From a virus (Duplodnaviria > Caudoviricetes): a stretch of 64,000 nucleotides of DNA. The notes beneath the pieces were generated by a model. That model was not told the origin of the DNA and ran no database searches. It worked only from the letters and a program-made list of their open reading frames with translations. Positions 16,527-25,550 of this stretch are shown one piece after another. The stretch covers positions 1 to 64,000 of IMG/VR virus record IMGVR_UViG_2928424016_000001. One strand, 5' to 3'. Position 1 is the stretch's first letter, and the number at the start of each line of letters is the position of its first letter. Both the position numbers and the translations under genes were made by a program.

Positions 16527-17887
16527 GGCCGTCGCCCGCCGTTCCCCTTTATGGCTATCAGCAGCGCTGGCTGCGCGACCGCTCCCGCTTCAAGCTTGGC
16601 ATGTTCGCCCGCCAGACCGGCAAGACCTTCACCACCACGCTGGAAACCGTCGATACCTGCTTTGAGGCGGCCGTCTCCGGCAAGCGCGAGCGCTGGGTGG
16701 TGCTGTCGCGCGGGGAGCGTCAGGCGCGCGAAGCGATGAACGAGGGGATCAAGGTCCATTGCAAGGCCTATGATCTCGCCTTTCAGGAGGCCGAGTTCGA
16801 TTGGGAAGGCGAGAGCGGCACCCACAAGGCGCTGGAAGTGACGCTGCCGCATGGCTCGAAGATCACGGCGCTGCCGGCCAATCCCGATACGGCGCGCGGC
16901 TTTTCCGCCAATGTGTTTCTGGACGAGTTCGCCTTTCATAAGGACAGCCAGCAGATCTGGCGGGCGCTCTTTCCCGTCATCTCCAAGGGCTGGAGCATTC
17001 GCGTCACCTCGACCCCGAACGGTAAGAGCAACAAGTTCTACGAGCTTGCGACCGGACCGGAGAGCGATCCCTGGAGCCGTCATATCGTCGATATCTATCA
17101 GGCCGTCCGCGACGGGCTGCCGCGCGACATCGAAGAATTGCGGGCAGGTCTGGCGGATGAGGATAGCTGGGCGCAGGAATTCGAACTGAAATGGCTCGAT
17201 GAGGCGAGCGCCTGGCTCTCCTACGATCTGATTTCCTCCTGCGAGGACGAGAAGGCCGGTGACCCGGAAGGCTATCAAGGCAATGTCTGCTTTGTCGGAC
17301 GCGATATCGGCCGGCGTGAAGACCTGCATGTGATCTGGGTCTGGGAGCAGATCGGTGACGTCCTTTGGGAGCGCGAGCGCATCGAGCAGAAGCGCGCCAC
17401 CTTTGCCGAGATGGACGAGGCCTTTGACGATGTAATGCGGCGCTACCGGGTCGGCCGGGCCTGTATCGACCAGACCGGCATGGGCGAGAAGGTGACCGAA
17501 GACGCGCAGCGCCGCTATGGCAGCCGCGTCGAAGGCGTGCTGTTCACCGCGCCCAACAAGCTCGTCATGGCGACACGCGGCAAGGAGCGGTTCGAGGATC
17601 GCACCGTGCGTATCCGCCAGGGCGACCAGAAGCTTCGGGCCGATCTGCACAAGCTGCGCAAGGTGGCGTCTGCCACCGGCGCGCCGCGCTTTGTCGCCGA
17701 GCGCGATGACGACCATGCCGACCGCACCTGGGCGGCCTTTCTCGGCATCCACGCCGCCGATGGGCTGGTCGGCGAATATGCCTATCAGCCGGCCCCTGCG
17801 CCGAAATCCCGATTTTCCGAAAGCCAGACCGCGGATGAGCAGCCCTACCGGATGGCGTCGATGCGTAACAAACGCGGAGGCTATTGA
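16523..17887 (+). CDS. terL: Terminase large subunit (Mu gp28-like)
   Basis: ARQTGKT, FLDEFAF, GRDIG, DHADRTWA motifs. Confidence 0.93.
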   Translation: MRPSPAVPLYGYQQRWLRDRSRFKLGMFARQTGKTFTTTLETVDTCFEAAVSGKRERWVVLSRGERQAREAMNEGIKVHCKAYDLAFQEAEFDWEGESGTHKALEVTLPHGSKITALPANPDTARGFSANVFLDEFAFHKDSQQIWRALFPVISKGWSIRVTSTPNGKSNKFYELATGPESDPWSRHIVDIYQAVRDGLPRDIEELRAGLADEDSWAQEFELKWLDEASAWLSYDLISSCEDEKAGDPEGYQGNVCFVGRDIGRREDLHVIWVWEQIGDVLWERERIEQKRATFAEMDEAFDDVMRRYRVGRACIDQTGMGEKVTEDAQRRYGSRVEGVLFTAPNKLVMATRGKERFEDRTVRIRQGDQKLRADLHKLRKVASATGAPRFVAERDDDHADRTWAAFLGIHAADGLVGEYAYQPAPAPKSRFSESQTADEQPYRMASMRNKRGGY

Positions 17888-19440
17888 TGGCCCAGCTTCT
17901 CGACCAGTATGGCAACCCGATCCGCCCAACCCAGATGAAGCAGGAGCAGGCTGCGCCGACCGTGATCGGCGTGCGCCGCCCGGTCGGCAATCATCAGGCT
18001 CCGGGTCTTACCCCGCCCAAGCTTGCCCGCATCCTGCGCGAATCGCTCGACGGCGATCCGGAGCGCTATCTGGAACTGGCCGAGGATATGGAGGAGCGCA
18101 ACGAACACTATGCCGGTGTTCTCGGTGTCCGCAAACGCCAGGTCTCGGGGCTGGAGATTACGGTGGAGGCGGCAAGCGATGCCGCCGACGATGTCGCTGA
18201 CGCCGATCTCGTCCGCGAGGTTGTCGAGCGTGACGATCTCGAAGACGAGCTTTTCGACATTCTGGATGCGATCGGCAAGGGCTTTTCCGCCACGGAAATC
18301 CTCTGGGACACATCGGAAAGCCAGTGGACGGTCGATACTCTCAAATGGCGCGACCCGCGCTGGTTCGTCTTCGATCAGGCCGACAAGGAAACCATCCGGT
18401 TGCGCAGCCCGGCAGGCGAGGAGGATCTCTGGCCCGGCAAGTGGATCGTACACCGCGCCAAGATCAAGTCCGGCCTGACGATCCGGGGCGGGCTGGCGCG
18501 CTCTGCCGCCTGGGCCTATCTCTTCAAGGCCTTCACCGCGTCCGATTGGGGGATTTTCTGCGAGGCCTACGGTCAGCCCTTGCGGCTCGGCAAATATGGA
18601 GAAAATGCCTCCGAGGTTGACAAGGAGGTGCTGCTGCGCGCCGTCAGCAATATTGCCTCGGACTTTGCCGCCACCATTCCCGAAAGCATGGTGATCGAGT
18701 TCGTCCAGGCGACCATCACCGGCAGCATCGATCTTTATGAACGCCGCTCCGACTGGCTGGACCGGCAGATCTCCAAGCTGGTGCTGGGCCAGACGGCGAC
18801 CACCGATGCGCAGGCCGGCGGCTATGCGGTCGGCAAGGTGCATGACGGCGTGCGCGAAGATATCGAGCGCGCCGATGCCCGCCAGCTGGCCGCCACGCTG
18901 AACCGCGATCTCGTCATTCCGCTGGTCTCGCTCAATCGCGGCCGGCGCAAGAAATATCCGAAGATCCGCATCGGCCGACCTGACGATATCGACATCGACA
19001 GCCTGGTCGGCAATGTCGTCAAGCTGGTGCCGCTCGGGCTTAAGGTCGGCATGTCCACCATGCGCGACCGGATCGGCCTGCCGGACCCCGGCAAGGATGA
19101 GGAACTGCTGGCGCCTGCCGCAGCCCCGGAACCGCCGCCCGCCGATCAGGCAAAGGCAAAGCCGCCCGCCATCGCCACCCAGAGCCAGATGGGCTTTGCC
19201 GCTCATGACGCCATCGACCTGGCCGCCGCTAGCATCACTGCCGAGAACTGGCAGGAGATGACGCCGCCGGTGGTCGACGGGCTGAGCGAGGCCTTGAGCC
19301 AGGCGACGTCCATCGAAGACGTGCAGGCCATCCTGGCGCGGCAGGTCAGTACCATGGGCGTCAATGCCTTTGTCGAGCTTCTGGCGCGTGCGGCTTTTTC
19401 GGCGCGGATCGCAGGTGAAGCCGATGAGGCCTTGTCGTGA
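17887..19440 (+). CDS. Portal protein (DUF935 / Mu gp29-like)
   Basis: YGQPLRLGKY, ISKLVLGQT, GKVHDGVR motifs. Confidence 0.92.
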   Translation: MAQLLDQYGNPIRPTQMKQEQAAPTVIGVRRPVGNHQAPGLTPPKLARILRESLDGDPERYLELAEDMEERNEHYAGVLGVRKRQVSGLEITVEAASDAADDVADADLVREVVERDDLEDELFDILDAIGKGFSATEILWDTSESQWTVDTLKWRDPRWFVFDQADKETIRLRSPAGEEDLWPGKWIVHRAKIKSGLTIRGGLARSAAWAYLFKAFTASDWGIFCEAYGQPLRLGKYGENASEVDKEVLLRAVSNIASDFAATIPESMVIEFVQATITGSIDLYERRSDWLDRQISKLVLGQTATTDAQAGGYAVGKVHDGVREDIERADARQLAATLNRDLVIPLVSLNRGRRKKYPKIRIGRPDDIDIDSLVGNVVKLVPLGLKVGMSTMRDRIGLPDPGKDEELLAPAAAPEPPPADQAKAKPPAIATQSQMGFAAHDAIDLAAASITAENWQEMTPPVVDGLSEALSQATSIEDVQAILARQVSTMGVNAFVELLARAAFSARIAGEADEALS

Positions 19441-20732
19441 CGGCGACCATTCAGGCGATAAAGCCTGAAGACGCCATCAAGGCGCTGAAGGCGCGCGGTC
19501 AAACGCTGGCCCCGTCCTTTTCCTGGCAGGACGTCTATGCCGAGGAACACGCCCGGCAGTTCACGGTCGCCAAGTCTGCCGGTTTCGACATTCTGACCGA
19601 TCTGTTTGACGGCGTTCAAACGGTTCTGGATGAAGGGATTGCGGTCGAAAAGGCGATCAGGACGATTACGCCGATCCTGCAGGCCAAGGGCTGGTGGGGC
19701 GTGCAGCAGGTCACCGATCCGCTGACCGGCAAAACCGGTCCGGCGCAGCTTGGTTCGCCCCGCCGCCTGCAACTGATCTTCGATGCGAACCTCCGGGTGT
19801 CTTATGCTGCCGGTCATTGGGCCGCCTTCGAGCGCAACAAGGCGCGCCGTCCCTGGCTGCGCTATGTCTGCGTTCTCGACGGACGCACCCGGCCGGAGCA
19901 TCGCAAGCGGCACAATCTCTGCCTTCCGGTCGATCATCCCTATTGGGACACCTGGGCACCGCCTTGCGGCTGGAATTGCCGCTGCACCTTGCAGAGCTTG
20001 TCGGACCGCGATGTCGATCGCATGCGCGGGCAGTTGACCTTCACGCCGCCGGACGACGATCTGGTGACTTTCACCAACAAGCGCACCGGTGAGGTCCGGA
20101 TGATCCCGCGCGGCATCGATCCGGGCTGGGACCATAATCCCGGCAACGCCGGATACCGCGCTTTCGATGCGGCCGAGAAGCTGATCGATGCACCGCCGAT
20201 CCTGGCCGCGCAAGTAAACAAGGACCCGGACTGGCTGGTAAAGCCACTCGGCGATGATTTCGCCCGCTGGTTCGATGCGGCAATGGCCGGCGGCCGGGTC
20301 GACCGCTCCATCGTCGTCGTCGGGGCCTTGTCCGAGGAGGTTCTGGCCGCGCTCGCAAGGACGGGCATCGCGCCCGGGAGCGGGGCGATCACGCTCACCC
20401 AGCAGACGGCGCTGCATATGCTGCGCGATAGCAAGGCGAGCGCGGGCAGGGGCGTCGACGCCGCCGTGCTGCGACAGCTACCGGCCAATCTCAGCCGTCC
20501 GAGGGCGGTGCTGCGCGACAGACGCGACGGTGCGCTTCTTTATGTCTTCGACAGCGGACACGATCCGCGCCTGGCCAAGATCGTCGTGAAGGTCGATTTT
20601 GAGACCAAGGCCCGCCCGCCTGGCGGAAAGCCGCAGTCGATCAAAACCAATTCGATCCGCACGGCGGGTCTCGTCGATGCGGTGACGCTTGCCGATCCGT
20701 CTGCCTATGAGGTGTTGTCGGGGAAGATTTGA
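19437..20732 (+). CDS. MuF (gp30-like) minor head protein with a C-terminal PBECR2-like nuclease extension
   Basis: RTRPEH...PPCGWNCRC MuF motif; extra ~185-aa domain HMLRDSK...PRAVLRD...LLYVF...NSIRTAG. Confidence 0.85.
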   Translation: MTATIQAIKPEDAIKALKARGQTLAPSFSWQDVYAEEHARQFTVAKSAGFDILTDLFDGVQTVLDEGIAVEKAIRTITPILQAKGWWGVQQVTDPLTGKTGPAQLGSPRRLQLIFDANLRVSYAAGHWAAFERNKARRPWLRYVCVLDGRTRPEHRKRHNLCLPVDHPYWDTWAPPCGWNCRCTLQSLSDRDVDRMRGQLTFTPPDDDLVTFTNKRTGEVRMIPRGIDPGWDHNPGNAGYRAFDAAEKLIDAPPILAAQVNKDPDWLVKPLGDDFARWFDAAMAGGRVDRSIVVVGALSEEVLAALARTGIAPGSGAITLTQQTALHMLRDSKASAGRGVDAAVLRQLPANLSRPRAVLRDRRDGALLYVFDSGHDPRLAKIVVKVDFETKARPPGGKPQSIKTNSIRTAGLVDAVTLADPSAYEVLSGKI

Positions 20733-20835
20733 TGGCCACCGGGGGGTACGCCACCTTCCCCGTAACAGTGTCGCCGTTGCCAGGACGGGATCACTGAACC
20801 GGACCGGCGATTTCCCGGTTGTCGCGGCGGCCATC
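20731..20835 (+). ncRNA. Candidate cloverleaf ncRNA immediately downstream of MuF (prophage 1)
   Basis: Closing stem GATGGCC/GGCCATC plus three hairpins; core conserved and co-varying with 63149-63248. Confidence 0.6.
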
Positions 20836-21042
20836 TCCTCCATCATACGCCGATGAGGCGGGATTTCAACGGGGCGCACAGAAGGCCACAGACGCGCAGC
20901 AAGCGTTCGGATGGGCGACGACACCGGCAAGCCCCCAGAAACGCGCCCACGGAGTTTGAAGACGGTTTGAATTCGAAGCCTTGTCTCTCTCCCGCGTCGT
21001 GTTATGTCTTGAAGGACCGTCTCATTGCCACCGGGCCTTATC

Positions 21043-21087
21043 CGCAAACCCTTGTGGCTGTTTTTGCTTAAAGCGCCGGGGCACTCT
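21043..21087 (+). promoter_or_regulatory. Late promoter (head operon), prophage 1
   Basis: CGCAAACCCTTGTGGCTGTTTT-N17-CACTCT. Confidence 0.75.
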
Positions 21088-21093
21088 TGCCCC

Positions 21094-22176
21094 ATGACGA
21101 AAAACACCCAAACCCACCCTTCGAGCCTTATCGCCACCCATGCCGTCATGCTGGGCGGTGCCGATGCCGTTTCGCCGGAAGAGGGCAGCACCGGCCACTG
21201 GACCCTGCTGATGCCGCTCGGCTCATTTTCCGGCCGTGACGGTCGCGGTCCCTATTCGGTCAACGGCATGGACGGCATGCAGGCGGTGATCGCCGCGACC
21301 GCCCAGCGCGCCGGCACCACCGATCTCGTGGTCGATTACGATCACCAGACGCAGTTTTCCGCCGTGCCGGGTGTCGGCGGCCAGGCACCGGCCGCCGGCT
21401 GGATCAAGCAACTCGAAGCGCGGCCCGACGGTCTCTACGGCCGGATCGAGTGGACGGAAAAGGCCGTCCAGAGCATCCGCGCCGGGGAATATCGCTACAT
21501 CTCGCCCGCCTATCACCACGATCCGAGCGGCCGCGTGCTGCGGCTGATTTCGGCGGGGCTCACCAACGTGCCCAATCTCGACCTCGCGGCGGTTGCCGCC
21601 AGCGCCCAGCAAACCCGTGCTCAACAGAACCAGGAAAACGATATGAAGACGATTGCCGCCGCCTTGGGGCTTTCCGAGGACGCGGATGAGAGCGCCATTC
21701 TCACCGCGATCAACAGTGTCCTGACCGGCAATGCGGCCATTGCCGCTGCCGCCGGGCTTTCCGCCTCCGCCAAGCCGACCGAGATCGTCACGGCGATCCA
21801 GTCGGCCCGCAGCGAGGTTGACCCGACGCGCTTCGTGCCGATCGAGCAGGTCACGGCCCTCCAGAACGGTTTGAAGGCCCTTCAAACCAAGATTGAAGGC
21901 GAGGAGGCCGAAATCGCCGTCCACCGCGCCATCACCGAAGGCCGTCTGGCACCAGCGCTCAAAAACTGGGGCCTCGACCTTCACAAGAAGGACCCGGCCG
22001 CCTTCAAGGCCTTTGCCGACGCTTCTCCGGTTCTGACCGCCACGCAGCGCGCGGGCGTTGCCCCGCCCGGCACGGGCGCGGACACCGATCTGACGAGCGA
22101 AGATCTGGCGGTGATGAGCCAGATGGGTCTCAGCAAGGAAACCTTCCTCAAGGCCAAGAAAGGCGGTGACGCATGA
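21094..22176 (+). CDS. Mu gpI-like prohead protease with in-frame internal scaffold (gpZ-like, ATG 21643)
   Basis: VVDYDHQT, AAGWI, YRYISP, LTNVPNL motifs; AGGA-ATG internal start. Confidence 0.9.
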   Translation: MTKNTQTHPSSLIATHAVMLGGADAVSPEEGSTGHWTLLMPLGSFSGRDGRGPYSVNGMDGMQAVIAATAQRAGTTDLVVDYDHQTQFSAVPGVGGQAPAAGWIKQLEARPDGLYGRIEWTEKAVQSIRAGEYRYISPAYHHDPSGRVLRLISAGLTNVPNLDLAAVAASAQQTRAQQNQENDMKTIAAALGLSEDADESAILTAINSVLTGNAAIAAAAGLSASAKPTEIVTAIQSARSEVDPTRFVPIEQVTALQNGLKALQTKIEGEEAEIAVHRAITEGRLAPALKNWGLDLHKKDPAAFKAFADASPVLTATQRAGVAPPGTGADTDLTSEDLAVMSQMGLSKETFLKAKKGGDA

Positions 22177-22580
22177 CGGCGTTGACCATCGACCGCAACA
22201 CGCCCCAGCGCTCGGGCGATAACCGCAACTTTCCGGTCAAGGGGGCAACGACGCTCTTCGCCGGATCAATGGTGGCGCTCAGCGAAAACGGCTTTCTGGT
22301 GCCGGCCAGTACCCTTGCCAATCTGAAGGTCGTCGGCCGCAACGAGCGGCGGATCGTCAATCAGGGCGCGGACGGCGACCAGCGCGCCGATGTCAAGGCT
22401 GGCATCTTCCGCTTTGAAAACTCCACCGGCGGTGACGCCATCACCCTGGTCGATATCGGATCGGACTGCTTTGCCGTCGACGATCAGACGGTCGCCAGAA
22501 CCTCCAATTCCTCCGCGCGTCCCGTGGCCGGCACGATCTTCGATGTCGACGATGACGGCGTGTGGGTCAAATTCTCCTGA
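22173..22580 (+). CDS. Head decoration/cement-like protein
   Basis: Between protease and capsid; ends GVWVKF. Confidence 0.7.
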   Translation: MTALTIDRNTPQRSGDNRNFPVKGATTLFAGSMVALSENGFLVPASTLANLKVVGRNERRIVNQGADGDQRADVKAGIFRFENSTGGDAITLVDIGSDCFAVDDQTVARTSNSSARPVAGTIFDVDDDGVWVKFS

Positions 22581-22590
22581 GAGGACGTCC

Positions 22591-23487
22591 ATGCTGATTA
22601 CCCGCCAATCGCTCCAGTCGGCCTATGTCGGCTTCAACGCGGCCTTCCAGGCTGGCCTTGGAATGGCCACCTCGCAGTGGTCGCGGATCGCGACCCTGAT
22701 TACCTCGACCACCAAGACGCAGGAATATGGCTGGCTCGGCCAGTTTCCGGGCATGCGCGAATGGATCGGCGACCGCGTGGTCAACGGTCTTGCCAGCCAC
22801 GGCTATACGCTGACCAACAAGTCCTATGAAACGACGATCGGCGTCGACCGTGACGATTTCGAAGACGACAATCTCGGCATCTATGGGCCGATGTTCCAGC
22901 AGCTTGGCCAGAACGCAGCGCTCTTTCCCGACCAGCTGGTCTGGGGGCTCCTGAAGAACGGTTTCGGCACGAAGTGCTATGACGGCCAGTATTTCTTCGA
23001 CACCGATCATCCGGTGCTCGATGCCAAGGGCAACGTCAATTCCGTGGCCAATACCGATGGCGGCAATGGCACGGCCTGGTTCCTGATCGACGATACACGC
23101 GCCTTGAAACCGCTGATCTACCAGAGCCGCAAGCCCTTCACCAACCTGATCCGCAAGGACCAGGAGAGCGACGACAACGTCTTCTTCAAGAAGGAATATG
23201 TCTACGGTCTCGACGGTCGCTGCCAGGTCGGTTTCGGCTTCTGGCAACAGGCCTGGGGCTCGAAGCAGACGCTCGATGTCACCAGCTACGAGGCGGCCCG
23301 CGTCGGTCTCGGCAGCCTGAAGGCCGATTACGGCAATCCGCTTGCTATCAATCCGCGCCTTTTGATCGTGCCGCCGTCGCTGGAAGGGGCGGCCCGCAAG
23401 ATCGTCGGTAACCAGCTGACCGACAATGGCGGCACCAACCAGTGGTACGGCACGGCCGAGGTGCTGGTTTCGCCCTGGCTTTCCTGA
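22591..23487 (+). CDS. Major capsid protein, Mu gpT-like
   Basis: YGWLGQFPGMREWIGDR, YDGQYFFDTDHPV motifs. Confidence 0.93.
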   Translation: MLITRQSLQSAYVGFNAAFQAGLGMATSQWSRIATLITSTTKTQEYGWLGQFPGMREWIGDRVVNGLASHGYTLTNKSYETTIGVDRDDFEDDNLGIYGPMFQQLGQNAALFPDQLVWGLLKNGFGTKCYDGQYFFDTDHPVLDAKGNVNSVANTDGGNGTAWFLIDDTRALKPLIYQSRKPFTNLIRKDQESDDNVFFKKEYVYGLDGRCQVGFGFWQQAWGSKQTLDVTSYEAARVGLGSLKADYGNPLAINPRLLIVPPSLEGAARKIVGNQLTDNGGTNQWYGTAEVLVSPWLS

Positions 23488-23601
23488 TCCGTCATCCCCG
23501 CAATGCCTCCCAGGGCAAGGGCCGTCAGCTTCGGCTGGCGGTTCCTGATGCAAGCGCCGGCTTCGACGGCTTTTCCATCAGGAACCGAAAAGGACCCCAT
23601 C

Positions 23602-23943
23602 ATGGCTTCGAAGAAAGACGAGACCGCCGGCACGGAAAAAAGCTGGCTGGACGAATTCCGGACCGTCACCGAGGACGAATTCAAAAAGCTCTATCCGTTG
23701 ACCCATGCGCTGATGCGCGCCTGGGATAGGGCGGTGGAGCCGGTCTTGCGGGTGGTCTCCACGGATGCCGGTTTGCGGCGCGGCGATCTCGCGCATCCGG
23801 CGACGCCGGTGCTGCATGATCTCAAGACCCTGCATCCGGCCAAAATAGAGCAGATCCTGGCTGAGCCCGCCCTGATTACCGAACTGGTGGAAAAGCCGGA
23901 TGAGCCGGTCCCGGCTGACGATGCCAAGTCGGCGCAAGGCTGA
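23602..23943 (+). CDS. Hypothetical virion-associated protein
   Basis: AAGGA SD; position after the capsid gene. Confidence 0.65.
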   Translation: MASKKDETAGTEKSWLDEFRTVTEDEFKKLYPLTHALMRAWDRAVEPVLRVVSTDAGLRRGDLAHPATPVLHDLKTLHPAKIEQILAEPALITELVEKPDEPVPADDAKSAQG

Positions 23944-23952
23944 GGCGGGTCC

Positions 23953-24390
23953 ATGGCCTATTGCACCAAGCAGGATCTGATCGAGCGGTTCGGGGAGCGG
24001 GAACTGATCCAGTTGACCGATCGCGCCACGCCGCCCGCCGGGGCGATGGACGACACGATCATTGCCCGCGCCATTGCGGATGCCACCGCGCTTGCGGACG
24101 GCTATATCGGTAAGGCCTACAGCCTGCCGCTGGTGACCGTGCCGGAGGTGCTGGTGAAGCTCACCGCAGACGTCGCCCGCTACTATCTGCATTTCAAGGG
24201 CGTCGAAAGAGACAGCCCGATCCAGCGCAGCCATGACCAGGCGCTTTCCTATTTCCGGGATGTCGCCAGAGGCATCGTGCAATTGATCGAGACCGAAACC
24301 GGCGAGACGCCGCCGGTCTCCGGTGGCGGTCAGGTCAAGGTCGTGGCTCCGGACCGGACCTTCTCCCGCAAGACGCTGAAGGGCTATTGA
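23953..24390 (+). CDS. Head-tail adaptor, Mu gp36 / DUF1320-like
   Basis: YCTKQDLIERFGERELIQLTD motif. Confidence 0.88.
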   Translation: MAYCTKQDLIERFGERELIQLTDRATPPAGAMDDTIIARAIADATALADGYIGKAYSLPLVTVPEVLVKLTADVARYYLHFKGVERDSPIQRSHDQALSYFRDVARGIVQLIETETGETPPVSGGGQVKVVAPDRTFSRKTLKGY

Positions 24391-24391
24391 G

Positions 24392-24967
24392 ATGGCCGGG
24401 ACTTCCATCGAGATCCGGGACGGATTGACGCCGACGCTGGAGCGTCTCGTCAGCGTGTCAGATAATCCGGCTGCGATCATGAGCGATGTCGCGGCCTATC
24501 TGCTCACCTCGACCCAGCAGCGCTTCGAGCAGGAGATTGGGCCGGACGGGCAGAAGTGGAAGCCGCTGAAACCCCGCACGGCGGCCCAGAGGATCGGCAA
24601 GGGCCGCGTGAAGCGTGGCAGCGAGCATATTCTCGTTCGCACCGGGCGGCTGAAGAACAGTCTCACCGCTGCCTCCGATGCCGTCAGCGCGACCGTCGGC
24701 ACCAATGTTGAATATGCCGCGATCCACCAGTTCGGGGGCGTGATCCGTCAGACGGCCCGATCCCAGACGCTCAGCCTGAAGCGCATTCGCGGCTCAAAAC
24801 AGGTCCGTTTCGTCAGGGCCGGAGCCAAGGGCGCGGTCGAGCGCGAGGTGACGATCGGCGCGCGGCAGATCGTCATGCCAGCCCGTCCCTATCTCGGCAT
24901 CAACGATGCCGACCGGGCCGAGATCGCCACCATCATCATGACCGACTTCGGAAAGGCTGTGGAATGA
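24392..24967 (+). CDS. Phage virion morphogenesis protein (Mu gpG-like)
   Basis: VGTNVEYAAIHQFGG and MPARPYLG motifs. Confidence 0.88.
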   Translation: MAGTSIEIRDGLTPTLERLVSVSDNPAAIMSDVAAYLLTSTQQRFEQEIGPDGQKWKPLKPRTAAQRIGKGRVKRGSEHILVRTGRLKNSLTAASDAVSATVGTNVEYAAIHQFGGVIRQTARSQTLSLKRIRGSKQVRFVRAGAKGAVEREVTIGARQIVMPARPYLGINDADRAEIATIIMTDFGKAVE

Positions 24968-25380
24968 TCGTCTTCGAAATCATCGACCGGCTGAAGCAGG
25001 CAGGCACGCCCTTCGTCATCGTCGAAGGGGCGAACGAACTGGCGGAGGTCAAGGACCGGCCGGGGAATACGCCTGCGGCCTATGTCTTCGTCAGCGGCGA
25101 GGCCTCGGAAGACAATCAGCGGCTGACCGGGCCGATCCTGCAGCGCACCGCCGTCGACCTCTCCGTGGTGATCATCACCGAGAATGCCGGCGGCGCGGAA
25201 GATGCGGCCCGCGACATCGAGACCCTGAAGGCGTTCACCCGTGGCTTGCTCCTCGGCTTCACGCCCGCCGATGCCGAGCCGCTGGAACACATTACCGGGC
25301 GGCTGCAGCAGGCGAGAGACGGCATGGTCTGGTTCGAGGATGTTTTCGGCACGGCCTTTTATCAGGAGGAACAGCCATGA
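24964..25380 (+). CDS. Tail terminator-like protein (Mu gp37-like)
   Basis: PAAYV, LLGFTP motifs; position. Confidence 0.7.
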   Translation: MIVFEIIDRLKQAGTPFVIVEGANELAEVKDRPGNTPAAYVFVSGEASEDNQRLTGPILQRTAVDLSVVIITENAGGAEDAARDIETLKAFTRGLLLGFTPADAEPLEHITGRLQQARDGMVWFEDVFGTAFYQEEQP

Positions 25381-25547
25381 CGAACCCGCAGACGGGCGGC
25401 AGCTATCTGCGCAATCCGGACGGCAGCCTGACCCGAATCGAGATTGCCGCCTTCAAACCAGCCGAGCCGGAACAGCCCGCCGCCCAGCCTTCGAGCGAAA
25501 CGCCGGAGGCGCAAGACGAGACCAGCGCCAAGAAGGGAAAGGCCTGA
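25377..25547 (+). CDS. Small hypothetical protein (not in the ORF track)
   Basis: GGAGG SD; MTNPQTGGSYLRNPDGSL. Confidence 0.6.
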   Translation: MTNPQTGGSYLRNPDGSLTRIEIAAFKPAEPEQPAAQPSSETPEAQDETSAKKGKA

Positions 25548-25550
25548 GCC

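Noticed and set aside
20731-20835. Canonical tRNA gene (also considered for 45788-45881 and 63149-63248)
   Set aside because: Lacks the T-loop GTTC and D-loop consensus, a 7-nt anticodon loop and CCA; kept only as a tRNA-like ncRNA candidate.
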